From: a virus
DNA length: 62,372 nt
IMG/VR virus record: IMGVR_UViG_3300001202_000002
Span: 1-62,372 of that record
Reading direction: 5' to 3' (one strand)
Position 1 is the first letter of the stretch. The number at the start of each line of letters is the position of its first letter. The position numbers and the translations under genes were made by a program. The notes below the pieces were generated by a model. That model made no database searches. It worked only from the letters and a program-made list of their open reading frames with translations, and was not told where the DNA came from. Positions 41,147 through 50,986 of this stretch are shown here, piece after piece.

Positions 41147-43991
41147 GTTCGTCTTACTGGTCCAACGGCGATTACGTGACGATACTGGTAGACAGTGGCG
41201 CACAGAATTTGTCACTGAAGCGGTTAACGCGGCGTTCTCAGCACTATGCCATGTAGTCCCTCAAGCCTACACCGAACACAGGGATCTAACCCTGGTGGAA
41301 GGTACAGAGCAAGTTATTGACAGCGATTTACATCGTATCATTCATCTTCTGCATAACAAATGCCCCAGTACGGGAAAAGCTACGCGGTCAATAATCAAAG
41401 CCGATCTGTCAGTCATGGATAAAGTGGAGCCTAATTGGCGCCAGGACGATCCTCGTGGCCACATAATTCACTACATGCTAAACGCAGCCAATGAGGACAC
41501 GTTTTACGTATGGCCACCGGCTAACGCTGCCAGACCGTCCCCAGCGCCTGTAGAACCGATTGAACCCATAGCTCCATCATTACCTGTGTTCGATATAAAC
41601 TCATTGCCTACGCCTCCTCCGCCGAGTGTGCCGGTTGTATTTGAACCGGGAGTGGCCCCTTTACCTGATTACGAAATGCCTGTACGTGTGTTGAGTGAGA
41701 ACGGAACCGGTAGTTTTCAGCAGGATTACACTCTGAGTATACTCGGGGACCCGATACCTTTACAGGGCGTGCCATACGCTGGTTTTATTGCGGACTTCAG
41801 TCAAATAGATTTCGAACCGATAATTGCCAATCGAGGTCCAGGATGGATATGGAGTATAAAGAACGATGGGGTTAGTGGTTCCGGTGAAACTGTTCGTCAG
41901 AATGCATTCTTCCCAGAACTTGTATCCGGATTGTACACCCCTATCAGTACCAACAACATACCTCTCGGTGATCTGAGAGACGCTGTAGCAGACGGTCGAC
42001 CATTCGCGGTAGTTCGATTCAGAACCTCGTTCGCATCCCTGGCGTCCGATTTCGTGGCAGACCCATCAGAGCTTGCCCCGTTCTATGCAGTGCCCGATCC
42101 GATACCGGCAGCCCCGGGAGTTAGCACGTTTGGTTTGACCGGAGGTACTAACGAGAGAATAATTCGCATAGACGGTGCGACTGCGTTTGATTATATGACT
42201 TCGGTACAGCTGTACGAACATTTCGCTATCCCCACTAACCAGGGGGCTGAATATGGTCAACAGAATATTTTAAATGGTAACGATCTATTCTTCAGAGTAA
42301 CCGACCCTGTTACAGGTGATGTACTGGAATGGGACGTAGAACTTTTGGCTCCTATCAGGGGCTCATTCGGATTTTCCGGACAAACGTTGCTTGATAACTT
42401 TAGTTATGACGGCGGCAACCTTCGTCTGGATAAGGTGGCACAGCCCGGGGAGCGTGGACGCATAGCCATACTTACAGGTGAGAGTGATAGATTAGATACT
42501 GAGTTTAACTATCTACCTAGTGACATTCTTGAAGTGTTCGAGCAGTCCCCTACGCAAGAAGATCTGGACAATTTCGAAGCGTTGTTTGCGCAATATCTGA
42601 TTGACTTGGAGGAATTCAATGCGTTCAATGCGCTTCCTGAATCACCGGTTATACGAGGGGTGTTCACTAAGACGCCATGTATAGTCACAGGAAATATTGT
42701 TGATCCCGGAGAAATCCCTCCAGTAGATCCCGGTCCTGTTAATGATGGATTCCCGGGAGAATTGGTTCCGTTTATACCTCCCGTGCATTCGCTATTGCTC
42801 GCAGCTAACGGATTCAACGCGCTGAATACCCCGACTCCCCCTGGCGACGAGGAAGTGATAGTCATTGATTTCACTAACTGGGATATAACAGGGGATGATA
42901 CTAATGGTCGCCCAGGCCCAGGGGCTGGCGCAGGTACATTGGATGACTTTACAGCGATAGCGGTAGATAATACAAACACAAATACTCACGGCGGCATAAG
43001 ATCCACTGCGGAATTCGTGGCTACGTTAAAAGATCCTTCGTCAGTTCCGAATAGTAGAGTGACTCGCAGGGATGTACAATTCGCGCTATCTCAAGGTAGA
43101 CCTTTCCTGACAGTGAATAGAGAAGTGGGCGGAGATTATGTGGCGCTATCAGGGTTTACTGCTACTTTAGAGGAGCAGCCATTGTTCTCAGAAATAAATG
43201 GCTCTGTAATAACTACTAGTCCTACCGCATTTGCGACTGTTGACTATAGTGGAATTGCGTATTTTGAGAATACCGGATCATTTACAAATACTGGCCCTGC
43301 TTATGTGTCGTCCGCTGCCGAGGCTGACGCCAGGTATACCGGGCTACTAGACGTGAGTCCATTCGATCACATAGCGTTGCGTGGCTTGGAAACTTTTGTT
43401 GTAAATCAGAATACATATGCAGGGCAGCAAGTCACTATAAGTGTGACGAACACTGCTGGCAACACTTTAACCTACAACGTAACGTTTGAGTCACACTCTA
43501 TAACGAGTACCAATAACGATACGCTGCAGACTTTCGGTGGGGCTGCGGCTGTCATTGATATATTTTTACTCTCAAGACAGGCAGAACCAAACGGAGAACC
43601 TGGCGAACTGATCGTCAGGGGCAGGGCTGAGAACGGTTTCCCTAATGTGGACCCGCTGCCACCTTCCATAGTTAGTTTAGTTAGCAGTAACGTTGTAACC
43701 CAGGAAGAGGTGGATGAATTCAATGCTGCGCTAGCTCAATTCAACATGGAAAGAGACGCATTCCTAGATGCGACTGAAGGTCTATTTTTCACTACTGATG
43801 AATTACCCTTTAACAAGGTTCATCATTTACCGTTGCAGGAATTCGCTATCTATTATTGTTACATTCGCGACGATGAGCAGACTCCTAACAGCAATCGAGG
43901 AATGCAGCATTGGCAGAACTTTTTCCAACTGCTGAATAAGCGAGAGGATACTGAGATCTTCATCAAGGCCGCCGAGGAGGATGCAGAATGA
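41133..43991 (+). CDS. large virion protein with adaptor-like termini and an internally duplicated ~370-aa Pro-rich insert
   Basis: Track ORF with parallel blocks ...DGRPFAVVRF.../...QGRPFLTVNR... and ...QEDLDNFEALFAQYLIDLEEFNAF.../...QEEVDEFNAALAQFNMERDAFLDA... Confidence 0.6.
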   Translation: MTIAEFVLLVQRRLRDDTGRQWRTEFVTEAVNAAFSALCHVVPQAYTEHRDLTLVEGTEQVIDSDLHRIIHLLHNKCPSTGKATRSIIKADLSVMDKVEPNWRQDDPRGHIIHYMLNAANEDTFYVWPPANAARPSPAPVEPIEPIAPSLPVFDINSLPTPPPPSVPVVFEPGVAPLPDYEMPVRVLSENGTGSFQQDYTLSILGDPIPLQGVPYAGFIADFSQIDFEPIIANRGPGWIWSIKNDGVSGSGETVRQNAFFPELVSGLYTPISTNNIPLGDLRDAVADGRPFAVVRFRTSFASLASDFVADPSELAPFYAVPDPIPAAPGVSTFGLTGGTNERIIRIDGATAFDYMTSVQLYEHFAIPTNQGAEYGQQNILNGNDLFFRVTDPVTGDVLEWDVELLAPIRGSFGFSGQTLLDNFSYDGGNLRLDKVAQPGERGRIAILTGESDRLDTEFNYLPSDILEVFEQSPTQEDLDNFEALFAQYLIDLEEFNAFNALPESPVIRGVFTKTPCIVTGNIVDPGEIPPVDPGPVNDGFPGELVPFIPPVHSLLLAANGFNALNTPTPPGDEEVIVIDFTNWDITGDDTNGRPGPGAGAGTLDDFTAIAVDNTNTNTHGGIRSTAEFVATLKDPSSVPNSRVTRRDVQFALSQGRPFLTVNREVGGDYVALSGFTATLEEQPLFSEINGSVITTSPTAFATVDYSGIAYFENTGSFTNTGPAYVSSAAEADARYTGLLDVSPFDHIALRGLETFVVNQNTYAGQQVTISVTNTAGNTLTYNVTFESHSITSTNNDTLQTFGGAAAVIDIFLLSRQAEPNGEPGELIVRGRAENGFPNVDPLPPSIVSLVSSNVVTQEEVDEFNAALAQFNMERDAFLDATEGLFFTTDELPFNKVHHLPLQEFAIYYCYIRDDEQTPNSNRGMQHWQNFFQLLNKREDTEIFIKAAEEDAE

Positions 43992-44668
43992 ACAATCTAT
44001 TAGAATTGGTAGACATAGAGGTTTTTGTAAATGACATTTTACCAGAGCTTCCGAACTGCCCTGTACCTGCGATAGAGCGTCGTCTTCGTGACGCCGTTAT
44101 TGAGGCTTGTGAACGTGCTCCTATATGGCGTTATCAGTTGCCAGAGATACCTGTGAAGATAGGTCAGACTTGTTTCGATCTGCCTAAGCCGCCAGGGGAG
44201 ACGCGCATACACGACGTGATTCGATTGTTCATGGATCGTCACGCTATGGAGAATATCCCATTAGAAGATACGAACGACAATGCATATCTGACAATACCTA
44301 ATCGAGGTACAGGATTTCATGTATTGAACAGAGGGCAGGTGGGGCTTAACTGTGAGCCGCAAAGAGATAGTGATCCTATCGACAATCCGCCTGACCCACG
44401 TAACGTAGTAGGACTTGAGGTTTATGTTAGTCTTAAGCCCGACAGAAAAGCCAATCGAATAGCCAAGATATTCTACGACGATTTCTATCAGCTGGTTATC
44501 GATGGTACTTTGGGTTATGCGTTGGATATGCGTGATACCGAATGGTATGACGGAGAAAAGGCAATGATGAGACGACAAGCTTTTGAATACGAATTGGCAA
44601 AAGCTAAACAGGCACTCGACAGAGGATTCAGTGATAGACCTTTGCGTGTCAGACCTAGGAGATTCTAA
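43988..44668 (+). CDS. virion-module hypothetical protein
   Basis: Track ORF with a 4-nt overlap. Confidence 0.55.
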   Translation: MNNLLELVDIEVFVNDILPELPNCPVPAIERRLRDAVIEACERAPIWRYQLPEIPVKIGQTCFDLPKPPGETRIHDVIRLFMDRHAMENIPLEDTNDNAYLTIPNRGTGFHVLNRGQVGLNCEPQRDSDPIDNPPDPRNVVGLEVYVSLKPDRKANRIAKIFYDDFYQLVIDGTLGYALDMRDTEWYDGEKAMMRRQAFEYELAKAKQALDRGFSDRPLRVRPRRF

Positions 44669-44729
44669 TGATTATTGAATTACTAATTATATGTATTTTT
44701 ATTTATGTGCTAATGGATGAGTATCTATA

Positions 44730-45095
44730 ATGGCCATACTAACACTTACACCTAGCAGGCATGCCCCTGCTACCAGTTTCCCGGTAGGATCTTATGCGTA
44801 CATTGTCGCTGATCGTCCTGTGAGAAAGCTGGGAGTACTTGTAACTGCAGAGCCTATAAGTCTGCAAGTGAATGCTGTAGGCGAAGTCATGTCCGCCGAC
44901 CTAGTGCCAACACTGCAGGTAGATGAGGAGGAAGATTTCCTCTACACAGTAGGGGTATTCGACGAGGAAGGCCACTGCATATATAGTCACAATTTCAGAA
45001 TGCTTGATATGGATGTTTCCATATTCGATATAGTTCCGGTGGTACAGGACATAAATTCCTGTACACCAACAACAGTAAGGGATAATTCGCTATGA
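44730..45095 (+). CDS. virion-module hypothetical protein
   Basis: Track ORF. Confidence 0.5.
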   Translation: MAILTLTPSRHAPATSFPVGSYAYIVADRPVRKLGVLVTAEPISLQVNAVGEVMSADLVPTLQVDEEEDFLYTVGVFDEEGHCIYSHNFRMLDMDVSIFDIVPVVQDINSCTPTTVRDNSL

Positions 45096-46699
45096 CTTCA
45101 GTAGTACTAACAAATAACGCGCAATCTGCCCTGGCGGGTGCGATAACAGCAGCGGCGACTCAGTTAACCGTAACTGCATCCCAAGGCGCTCGGTTCCCTA
45201 ACCCGGGTCCGAATGAGTGGTTCCCTCTGACATTAGTTAGCGCTGACGGAACTACCCACGAGATTGTTCGTGCAACATCTCGCACCGGAGACACTATTAC
45301 TATTCAACGTGGCCGTGAGAATACGACTGCTGCAATTTTTCCTGCAGGAACTTTCGTACTGCATCAAATGACAGCTGAAGCATTCAGAAACTTGGCGTCA
45401 TCTGCCACCTCTGCAACTCTGGAAACATCTTCGGGTACTAGCAGCGCTTACAATGTGGCTGGTCCGGGTATTACAAGTCTTGAAGACGGGATAGCTTTCG
45501 AGTGGGTAGCGCATGTGGATAACGTGGGTAGCGCAACTTTGCGAGTAGGTACGTTACCTGCAACTCCGTTGAGAAAATACGCATATGCCGGTGGAGGTAC
45601 TCTTGAACCACTGGTCAATAACGAGATATTGGAAGGCCGCCAGGTCTTGGTTCATTATCAAGCTGCAGACAATGTGTTCGTAGTGAGCAATCCGAACGTA
45701 CCGGAATCTCCTGCAGCATCGGCAACTGAGCCCGGACTAGTGCAGTTGGCAACAGCCCCTGTGGCTTTCGATAATCTAACAGGCGACGATACGGAAGCTG
45801 TTACTCAATTAACCGCATCCCAAATCGCTCAGGAAGCAATAGATATCTACGATACTACTGTTACAGATACTCCATTACCTGAGATCTGGGAAGATCTGGG
45901 AACAGGGGCAGGTGGTCCGTTGACAGTACTCCCTGGCGGAAATGCCTCATTGAGCGCTGGACAAATGCATCAATTTTCCAGCATTGATATTCAGGACACA
46001 GGAACTCTCGACATACCTAATCGTGGACTATGCGTCATCCGTTGCACAGAGTCTTTCAACTGTGACGGGGAAATAAACTTTCCATTGGGCGGTAGCATTG
46101 GGTGGCCAGGTATCGTTATCGGTCCATCAGGTGGGGTTAACGCGGCACACGACGGTAGCCGAGTAGAATGTAATACCTATCCTGCGGTTAATCCTCGACG
46201 TGCGCAACAAGCTACTAATAACGCAGCCACTATCGGAGGCTTCAGAGTGACCGCAGCGGACGTAGAGTGGGCCATACAGAATGGCATTCCTTTGCATCAG
46301 TTCCAGGGTGGTAACGGCGCTACCTACAGGGAGACCACGCAGTCTGATCATAAGGGTGGATTGATAATCATAGCGCCGTCGATTACATTCGGAGCAACTT
46401 CGGTTGTTAACCGTATGCATCCGGAACAGGCACAAGACTTTTCAAGCAACCCACGTAGTGGACCAGCTGCGGGTGGCATGCTAATGCTGGTTGAAGATAA
46501 CGGTAACGCAGCTGCTATAATAAACGCTAGTGCATTGTTTGAGGCTTCTAACATATCTACACTAGGGACAACTGATCAGCACAGGACAGCAGCGCAGTTG
46601 GCAGGAGACGCCGACGCTATACCAGGACCTCCCGGGGCTGCTAATGGACAGTGTGTAACCATCAGCCGATTGACTGGATTAATTCAAGTGGTATTCTAA
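45092..46699 (+). CDS. tail fibre / tailspike-like protein
   Basis: The N-terminal block LTVTASQGARFPNPGPNEWFPLTLVSADGTTHEIVRATSRTGDTITIQRGRENT is a pattern common at the N-termini of phage tail fibres. Confidence 0.55.
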   Translation: MTSVVLTNNAQSALAGAITAAATQLTVTASQGARFPNPGPNEWFPLTLVSADGTTHEIVRATSRTGDTITIQRGRENTTAAIFPAGTFVLHQMTAEAFRNLASSATSATLETSSGTSSAYNVAGPGITSLEDGIAFEWVAHVDNVGSATLRVGTLPATPLRKYAYAGGGTLEPLVNNEILEGRQVLVHYQAADNVFVVSNPNVPESPAASATEPGLVQLATAPVAFDNLTGDDTEAVTQLTASQIAQEAIDIYDTTVTDTPLPEIWEDLGTGAGGPLTVLPGGNASLSAGQMHQFSSIDIQDTGTLDIPNRGLCVIRCTESFNCDGEINFPLGGSIGWPGIVIGPSGGVNAAHDGSRVECNTYPAVNPRRAQQATNNAATIGGFRVTAADVEWAIQNGIPLHQFQGGNGATYRETTQSDHKGGLIIIAPSITFGATSVVNRMHPEQAQDFSSNPRSGPAAGGMLMLVEDNGNAAAIINASALFEASNISTLGTTDQHRTAAQLAGDADAIPGPPGAANGQCVTISRLTGLIQVVF

Positions 46700-48514
46700 A
46701 TGAGAATAGGCAACGTAATATTTGGTGGAGAACGCCCAAAGGTAGATCCCCGCAACCTGGAAACCTTCGAAGCTCAGATAGCTCTCGACTGTGATTTGGT
46801 ATCGTCTACGTTGCGAGCTATATTGGCGCCCTCTGTAGAACTCGATGGTATATCTGAGAACACACAGACAATCCACTTTTTTGAAAACACTTGGTTCGCT
46901 TTCGATGAGCAGCTAGATATCATCGAACAGTCAGGCATGCTTATGTGGACAGGTCCTAGTGGCGCAAGACAGGCGACTTTCGCACAATTACAATCAGGGC
47001 AATCTAACGCATTGGGAGTGCCTAAACCTGACGCTCCTGTAGTTGCGCTGACCGGTACAGGAGATCCTGCTAGTATCCCGTTTACAACGTTCTATGCGAC
47101 TTCATTCGTAAACCAAGATAACCGAGAGGGTGACATCTCCGATCCATCCGTGAGTTTTGTTGCTCAGGAAGGTCAGACAGTTACCGTGACTAACATAGCG
47201 GGTGTTGACCAGACAGACCCTGCAGCAGTGTTGGACGCAGGCATTGTTGCCATTCGAGTGTATCGACTGGATGAAAATGAAGCACGCTTCGTCGCAGAGA
47301 TTCCAATTACACAAACTACATTTACCGAGGTTTTAGGATCTATTACTCTGGCAGAGGTATTCCCGTCTGAAGACTTTGCACCGCCTCCGCCAGGTCTGAC
47401 AGGACTCCATCTAATGTCCAACGGTATCGCACTAGGATTCGTCCCTGGCGAACGCCTGGTGTACGTGAGCGAGCCATTCAACGCCAATGCATGGCCATTC
47501 TTTTTCCCCGTGCAGGATGTCCCCATCGGCATATCTAGCTACGATAACAACGCAGTTATTGTGACGGACGGATACCCGGAGGTCGCTGCTATCAATGACC
47601 CGAGAAACATAGTCCCTACCACACTCACTTACCGCGAGCCATGTCAGTCAAAGCTGAGTCTTGTGCAGGCAGAGGGTGGTGTGATTTATGCATCGGTCAA
47701 TAGTCTGTTCTACATCGGTCGCGGCGGTGGTCGCCGTATCACACAGGAGCATATCGATCATGACAGCTGGCAGCCGTATGCACCCTCAACGATCATAGGT
47801 CTGTATCGAGACCAGCAGTACATTGGTTTCCACCAGGGATCAAAGGAAGGCAACGCCCTGGTGTTCGATATGCGAGCAAGGGAAGATTTGAGACAGCTGT
47901 CACAGAGTGCTACCGCTGTGTTCATACAACCTGGAACAGATCAAGGTTTTGTAGCTTTCGGTGGGCAGATTCTGCAGCTGGAAGGCTCTGAGGATCGCCT
48001 GGTATATCGATACAAGTCCAAAGTACACGGAGAGGGCAGCCCGTTTGCACTGACTTCACGTCGTGTGCTATCATGTGAACACATAGACAGATCATATTCT
48101 CCGGATGCGGGTGACACTTCTGAGGAAATTGTTGCAGCCCGTGCGGCGGCGATAGCGGCCAGATCAACTCTCGGTGTGGCATTCGGACTGGGTGGCGCCA
48201 TCAATCAACACTTAATCGGTGGCTGTTTTAATCCTGTTCCTGATGGAATCGATAACCCATTCCCCGAAGCACTGCGATCTATCAACGGCATAGCTGCTGA
48301 AGATCTTGCTCGATCAGAACCTATAGAAGTTATCTTCCGCTTGTTTGGCGATAAGGAACTGGTTCATGAGGAAACCATAGTGGATGATGAGCAGGAGAAC
48401 AGACTGTACTACTTTGATCGCCGCAGGGTTTATGAAACTGAGCTCGAAGGCACATTAGAAATTTCTCAGCTAGACGTAGCGGGAAGCAACTCGGAATTCC
48501 ATAGTGGCACGTAA
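46700..48514 (+). CDS. virion structural protein (putative)
   Basis: Track ORF, directly abutting the fibre gene. Confidence 0.55.
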   Translation: MRIGNVIFGGERPKVDPRNLETFEAQIALDCDLVSSTLRAILAPSVELDGISENTQTIHFFENTWFAFDEQLDIIEQSGMLMWTGPSGARQATFAQLQSGQSNALGVPKPDAPVVALTGTGDPASIPFTTFYATSFVNQDNREGDISDPSVSFVAQEGQTVTVTNIAGVDQTDPAAVLDAGIVAIRVYRLDENEARFVAEIPITQTTFTEVLGSITLAEVFPSEDFAPPPPGLTGLHLMSNGIALGFVPGERLVYVSEPFNANAWPFFFPVQDVPIGISSYDNNAVIVTDGYPEVAAINDPRNIVPTTLTYREPCQSKLSLVQAEGGVIYASVNSLFYIGRGGGRRITQEHIDHDSWQPYAPSTIIGLYRDQQYIGFHQGSKEGNALVFDMRAREDLRQLSQSATAVFIQPGTDQGFVAFGGQILQLEGSEDRLVYRYKSKVHGEGSPFALTSRRVLSCEHIDRSYSPDAGDTSEEIVAARAAAIAARSTLGVAFGLGGAINQHLIGGCFNPVPDGIDNPFPEALRSINGIAAEDLARSEPIEVIFRLFGDKELVHEETIVDDEQENRLYYFDRRRVYETELEGTLEISQLDVAGSNSEFHSGT

Positions 48515-48713
48515 CAGACGATTACAATCTATACCGCAACCGACTCACGTTGATTCCGAGATACGTAAAATACTCGTCCCTATCATTGACGCAATAGAGA
48601 GGCGATTGATAAGACGCACCGATCAGAACGAACGTGCGGTTACTCGACAAGAACTTATTGATCTAGGCTTAGTTACTGAAGCTCAGATAAACCAACTACC
48701 AGAGGACACATAA
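48504..48713 (+). CDS. hypothetical protein
   Basis: Track ORF. Confidence 0.45.
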   Translation: MARNRRLQSIPQPTHVDSEIRKILVPIIDAIERRLIRRTDQNERAVTRQELIDLGLVTEAQINQLPEDT

Positions 48714-49507
48714 TGCTTGGATTGATTTTAGGGGGCGCTCAAGTTGCCGGTGGCATCGCCGGATTCTTGTCAGGCCGTAAGGAAAAGAAACATGGCCGCA
48801 GACGCGCACGTAGAGCACAACGCAGAGCTGACGAGCGTTTAGAAAATCAGGACGGCATAATCAGCCAGTTACAAGATGAGCGAGGCTTTCTGGAAAACTT
48901 CAGAGGCGAGGAGATCGCTCGTCACGACCGGCTAGGCTTTGACCAAATAGAACAAGACCTGGCGGATCAGGTTAGGGATGGGGTGGATGTTGAAGGTCGC
49001 GCAGATACAGCGGGAGCTGAGTTTACGAATGAATTCGATGTTTCTCTGGATGCTGCTGAAAGAGCTTTACTTAGCAGAGGTGTAGATCCTGGTAGTTCTG
49101 CACATGCTAGATTGAGGGAAGACGCTGCATTCGACCGAGCCCGAGGCGCAGCTACAGCAAGTAACGAATCGCGACGACACTCTGACGATCTCAACTTCGC
49201 CAGGCGGGTAGCTTATGCTGATCGCGGGGCTCAGTCACGAACTAACATACTAAATCAGAGCGGTAACATCGCTGCAGGACTTCGCGCTGAGTTTGGAGCC
49301 GAGGGTGAAATACGAGGACAATTCCTTAGCGAACGTAACCATCAACAGCAGAGAGCTGAAAACGGTCGTCAGGCAATGGCCGCAGGAGCCACAGCAATTG
49401 GTAGTGCCGGTGTAGGCTTGGCAACTCAAGGTGCTTTTGGAGATGGAGCTCAACAATATGCGATGGATTACATACGCAGAAACAACCCAACAACGGGGAC
49501 ACAATAA
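48713..49507 (+). CDS. internal virion/ejection protein (putative), N-terminal TMD
   Basis: MLGLILGGAQVAGGIAGFL followed by a basic stretch. It lies before the giant protein. Confidence 0.5.
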   Translation: MLGLILGGAQVAGGIAGFLSGRKEKKHGRRRARRAQRRADERLENQDGIISQLQDERGFLENFRGEEIARHDRLGFDQIEQDLADQVRDGVDVEGRADTAGAEFTNEFDVSLDAAERALLSRGVDPGSSAHARLREDAAFDRARGAATASNESRRHSDDLNFARRVAYADRGAQSRTNILNQSGNIAAGLRAEFGAEGEIRGQFLSERNHQQQRAENGRQAMAAGATAIGSAGVGLATQGAFGDGAQQYAMDYIRRNNPTTGTQ

Positions 49508-50982
49508 TGAGTTTAGGTGATATTGCTATAGCGATGCAGGGTCTCAGTAGAGGCGCAGCACAGTTCCGAGAGAACGAACGTAGAACACAAGTTGAAGATG
49601 AGAATTTTCGCAGGCAAACTGCAGAGAACGATCACTTCGAAGCCATGCGTCCCTTGGAAATAGAGAGCGCACAGAATCGTAATCGATTGAGCGGTTCTCA
49701 GGCTAACGTAGCAGAGCAGACCGAAGCCGGTGTTATCGAGTCGCGCAACGTACAGAACCAGGACACTATCGCTAAGTACAATCAGCGACTGGCAGACGGT
49801 GTGTCTGCTAAAGAAGCGAAAGCAGAATTGTCGGCAGCTGAACGCGAGATTGTGGAAAACCACCTGGCGGAAGACAGAGCGGCAGCATTGAATGACGCTG
49901 GCGCCCCCGAGGCAGAAGCACAAGCAGCTGTGACTAGTGCCAACGCTACTACGTCGAACGCAGAGCGTAACATAGAGAAGAATGATATCGCTAAGCGCAT
50001 AGGTCTCGATAAGACTATCGCCTACGCTGAAAAATCAGAAGCTGCTTTGAGGAATACCGAATCTCGACGTAAACGTGAAGATATTCTGACCGATGAAATG
50101 AATGGCTATTATGCTAATGCCGCCGTAGCTCGTGCAGCAGCGGGTGCTAACTTTGATCAGCTGAAGTTCGCCAGGGAAAACCAGAACGAGATCATGGGTG
50201 CAGCTGTTGACGCCGCATATGCGGCGGGTATAGGGGGAGATGCGGCTGTGAATGCGTTACCATTGATTAACATGGACGCTGACGGTGACGGGCGACTAGA
50301 CTTTGAGGGTGCCACGTCTACTGCGATAAGAAATATTGAAGGTAAGAACTATTTGGTTGCCGTTGATGATTCAGGTAACATAGTGCCTAGCAGCTCCGCC
50401 CCGGATTCTCCGGGGATGGAAGTTGCGGCTATTCGTGAGTGGGCCGATAGAAATCAATCTAAAGGTAAAAGTAAGACAGGTTCTGCAGGGGCTGGAAAGG
50501 CTGGCAAACCTGTAAAGCTTACCGACATAGATGATCTCGATGACCTTAGTTACGACTTGTTGAATGACAGCTTTGGGCTGCAAGCAGATGAGGACGACGA
50601 TAGCGTCTTCACTTCACTGGAAGGTGCAGTACCTGTAGACTTTGAAGAGTCCGGTGAAGGTATGATGCCGTCGATACAGAACGATATATCTGCGTTTTTG
50701 TCACGGGCTCAACAAGACGGAGCGAGTATAGCCGAAGCACGCCTGGCGATAGATTCACCTTCGTCACTAGCTACTAATTTATACGGACTGAATACGGCTG
50801 GTATGCAGGCAGCCCAGGCAATGGCTAACACCAACGCAACTACCAAAGCTTTGGAACTTGCCCGAGCTGACGGACAGGACGTAGATCCTAACAATCCTCC
50901 AGCCCCTACACAAGATGCAGTGGAGCAGGAGTTGAACAAACTTCTAATTACAATGATGTCACAAGCAGAGCCAAAAATATAA
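49507..50982 (+). CDS. internal virion/ejection protein (putative), coiled coil
   Basis: Track ORF, called from composition and position. Confidence 0.5.
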   Translation: MSLGDIAIAMQGLSRGAAQFRENERRTQVEDENFRRQTAENDHFEAMRPLEIESAQNRNRLSGSQANVAEQTEAGVIESRNVQNQDTIAKYNQRLADGVSAKEAKAELSAAEREIVENHLAEDRAAALNDAGAPEAEAQAAVTSANATTSNAERNIEKNDIAKRIGLDKTIAYAEKSEAALRNTESRRKREDILTDEMNGYYANAAVARAAAGANFDQLKFARENQNEIMGAAVDAAYAAGIGGDAAVNALPLINMDADGDGRLDFEGATSTAIRNIEGKNYLVAVDDSGNIVPSSSAPDSPGMEVAAIREWADRNQSKGKSKTGSAGAGKAGKPVKLTDIDDLDDLSYDLLNDSFGLQADEDDDSVFTSLEGAVPVDFEESGEGMMPSIQNDISAFLSRAQQDGASIAEARLAIDSPSSLATNLYGLNTAGMQAAQAMANTNATTKALELARADGQDVDPNNPPAPTQDAVEQELNKLLITMMSQAEPKI

Positions 50983-50986
50983 TCCT

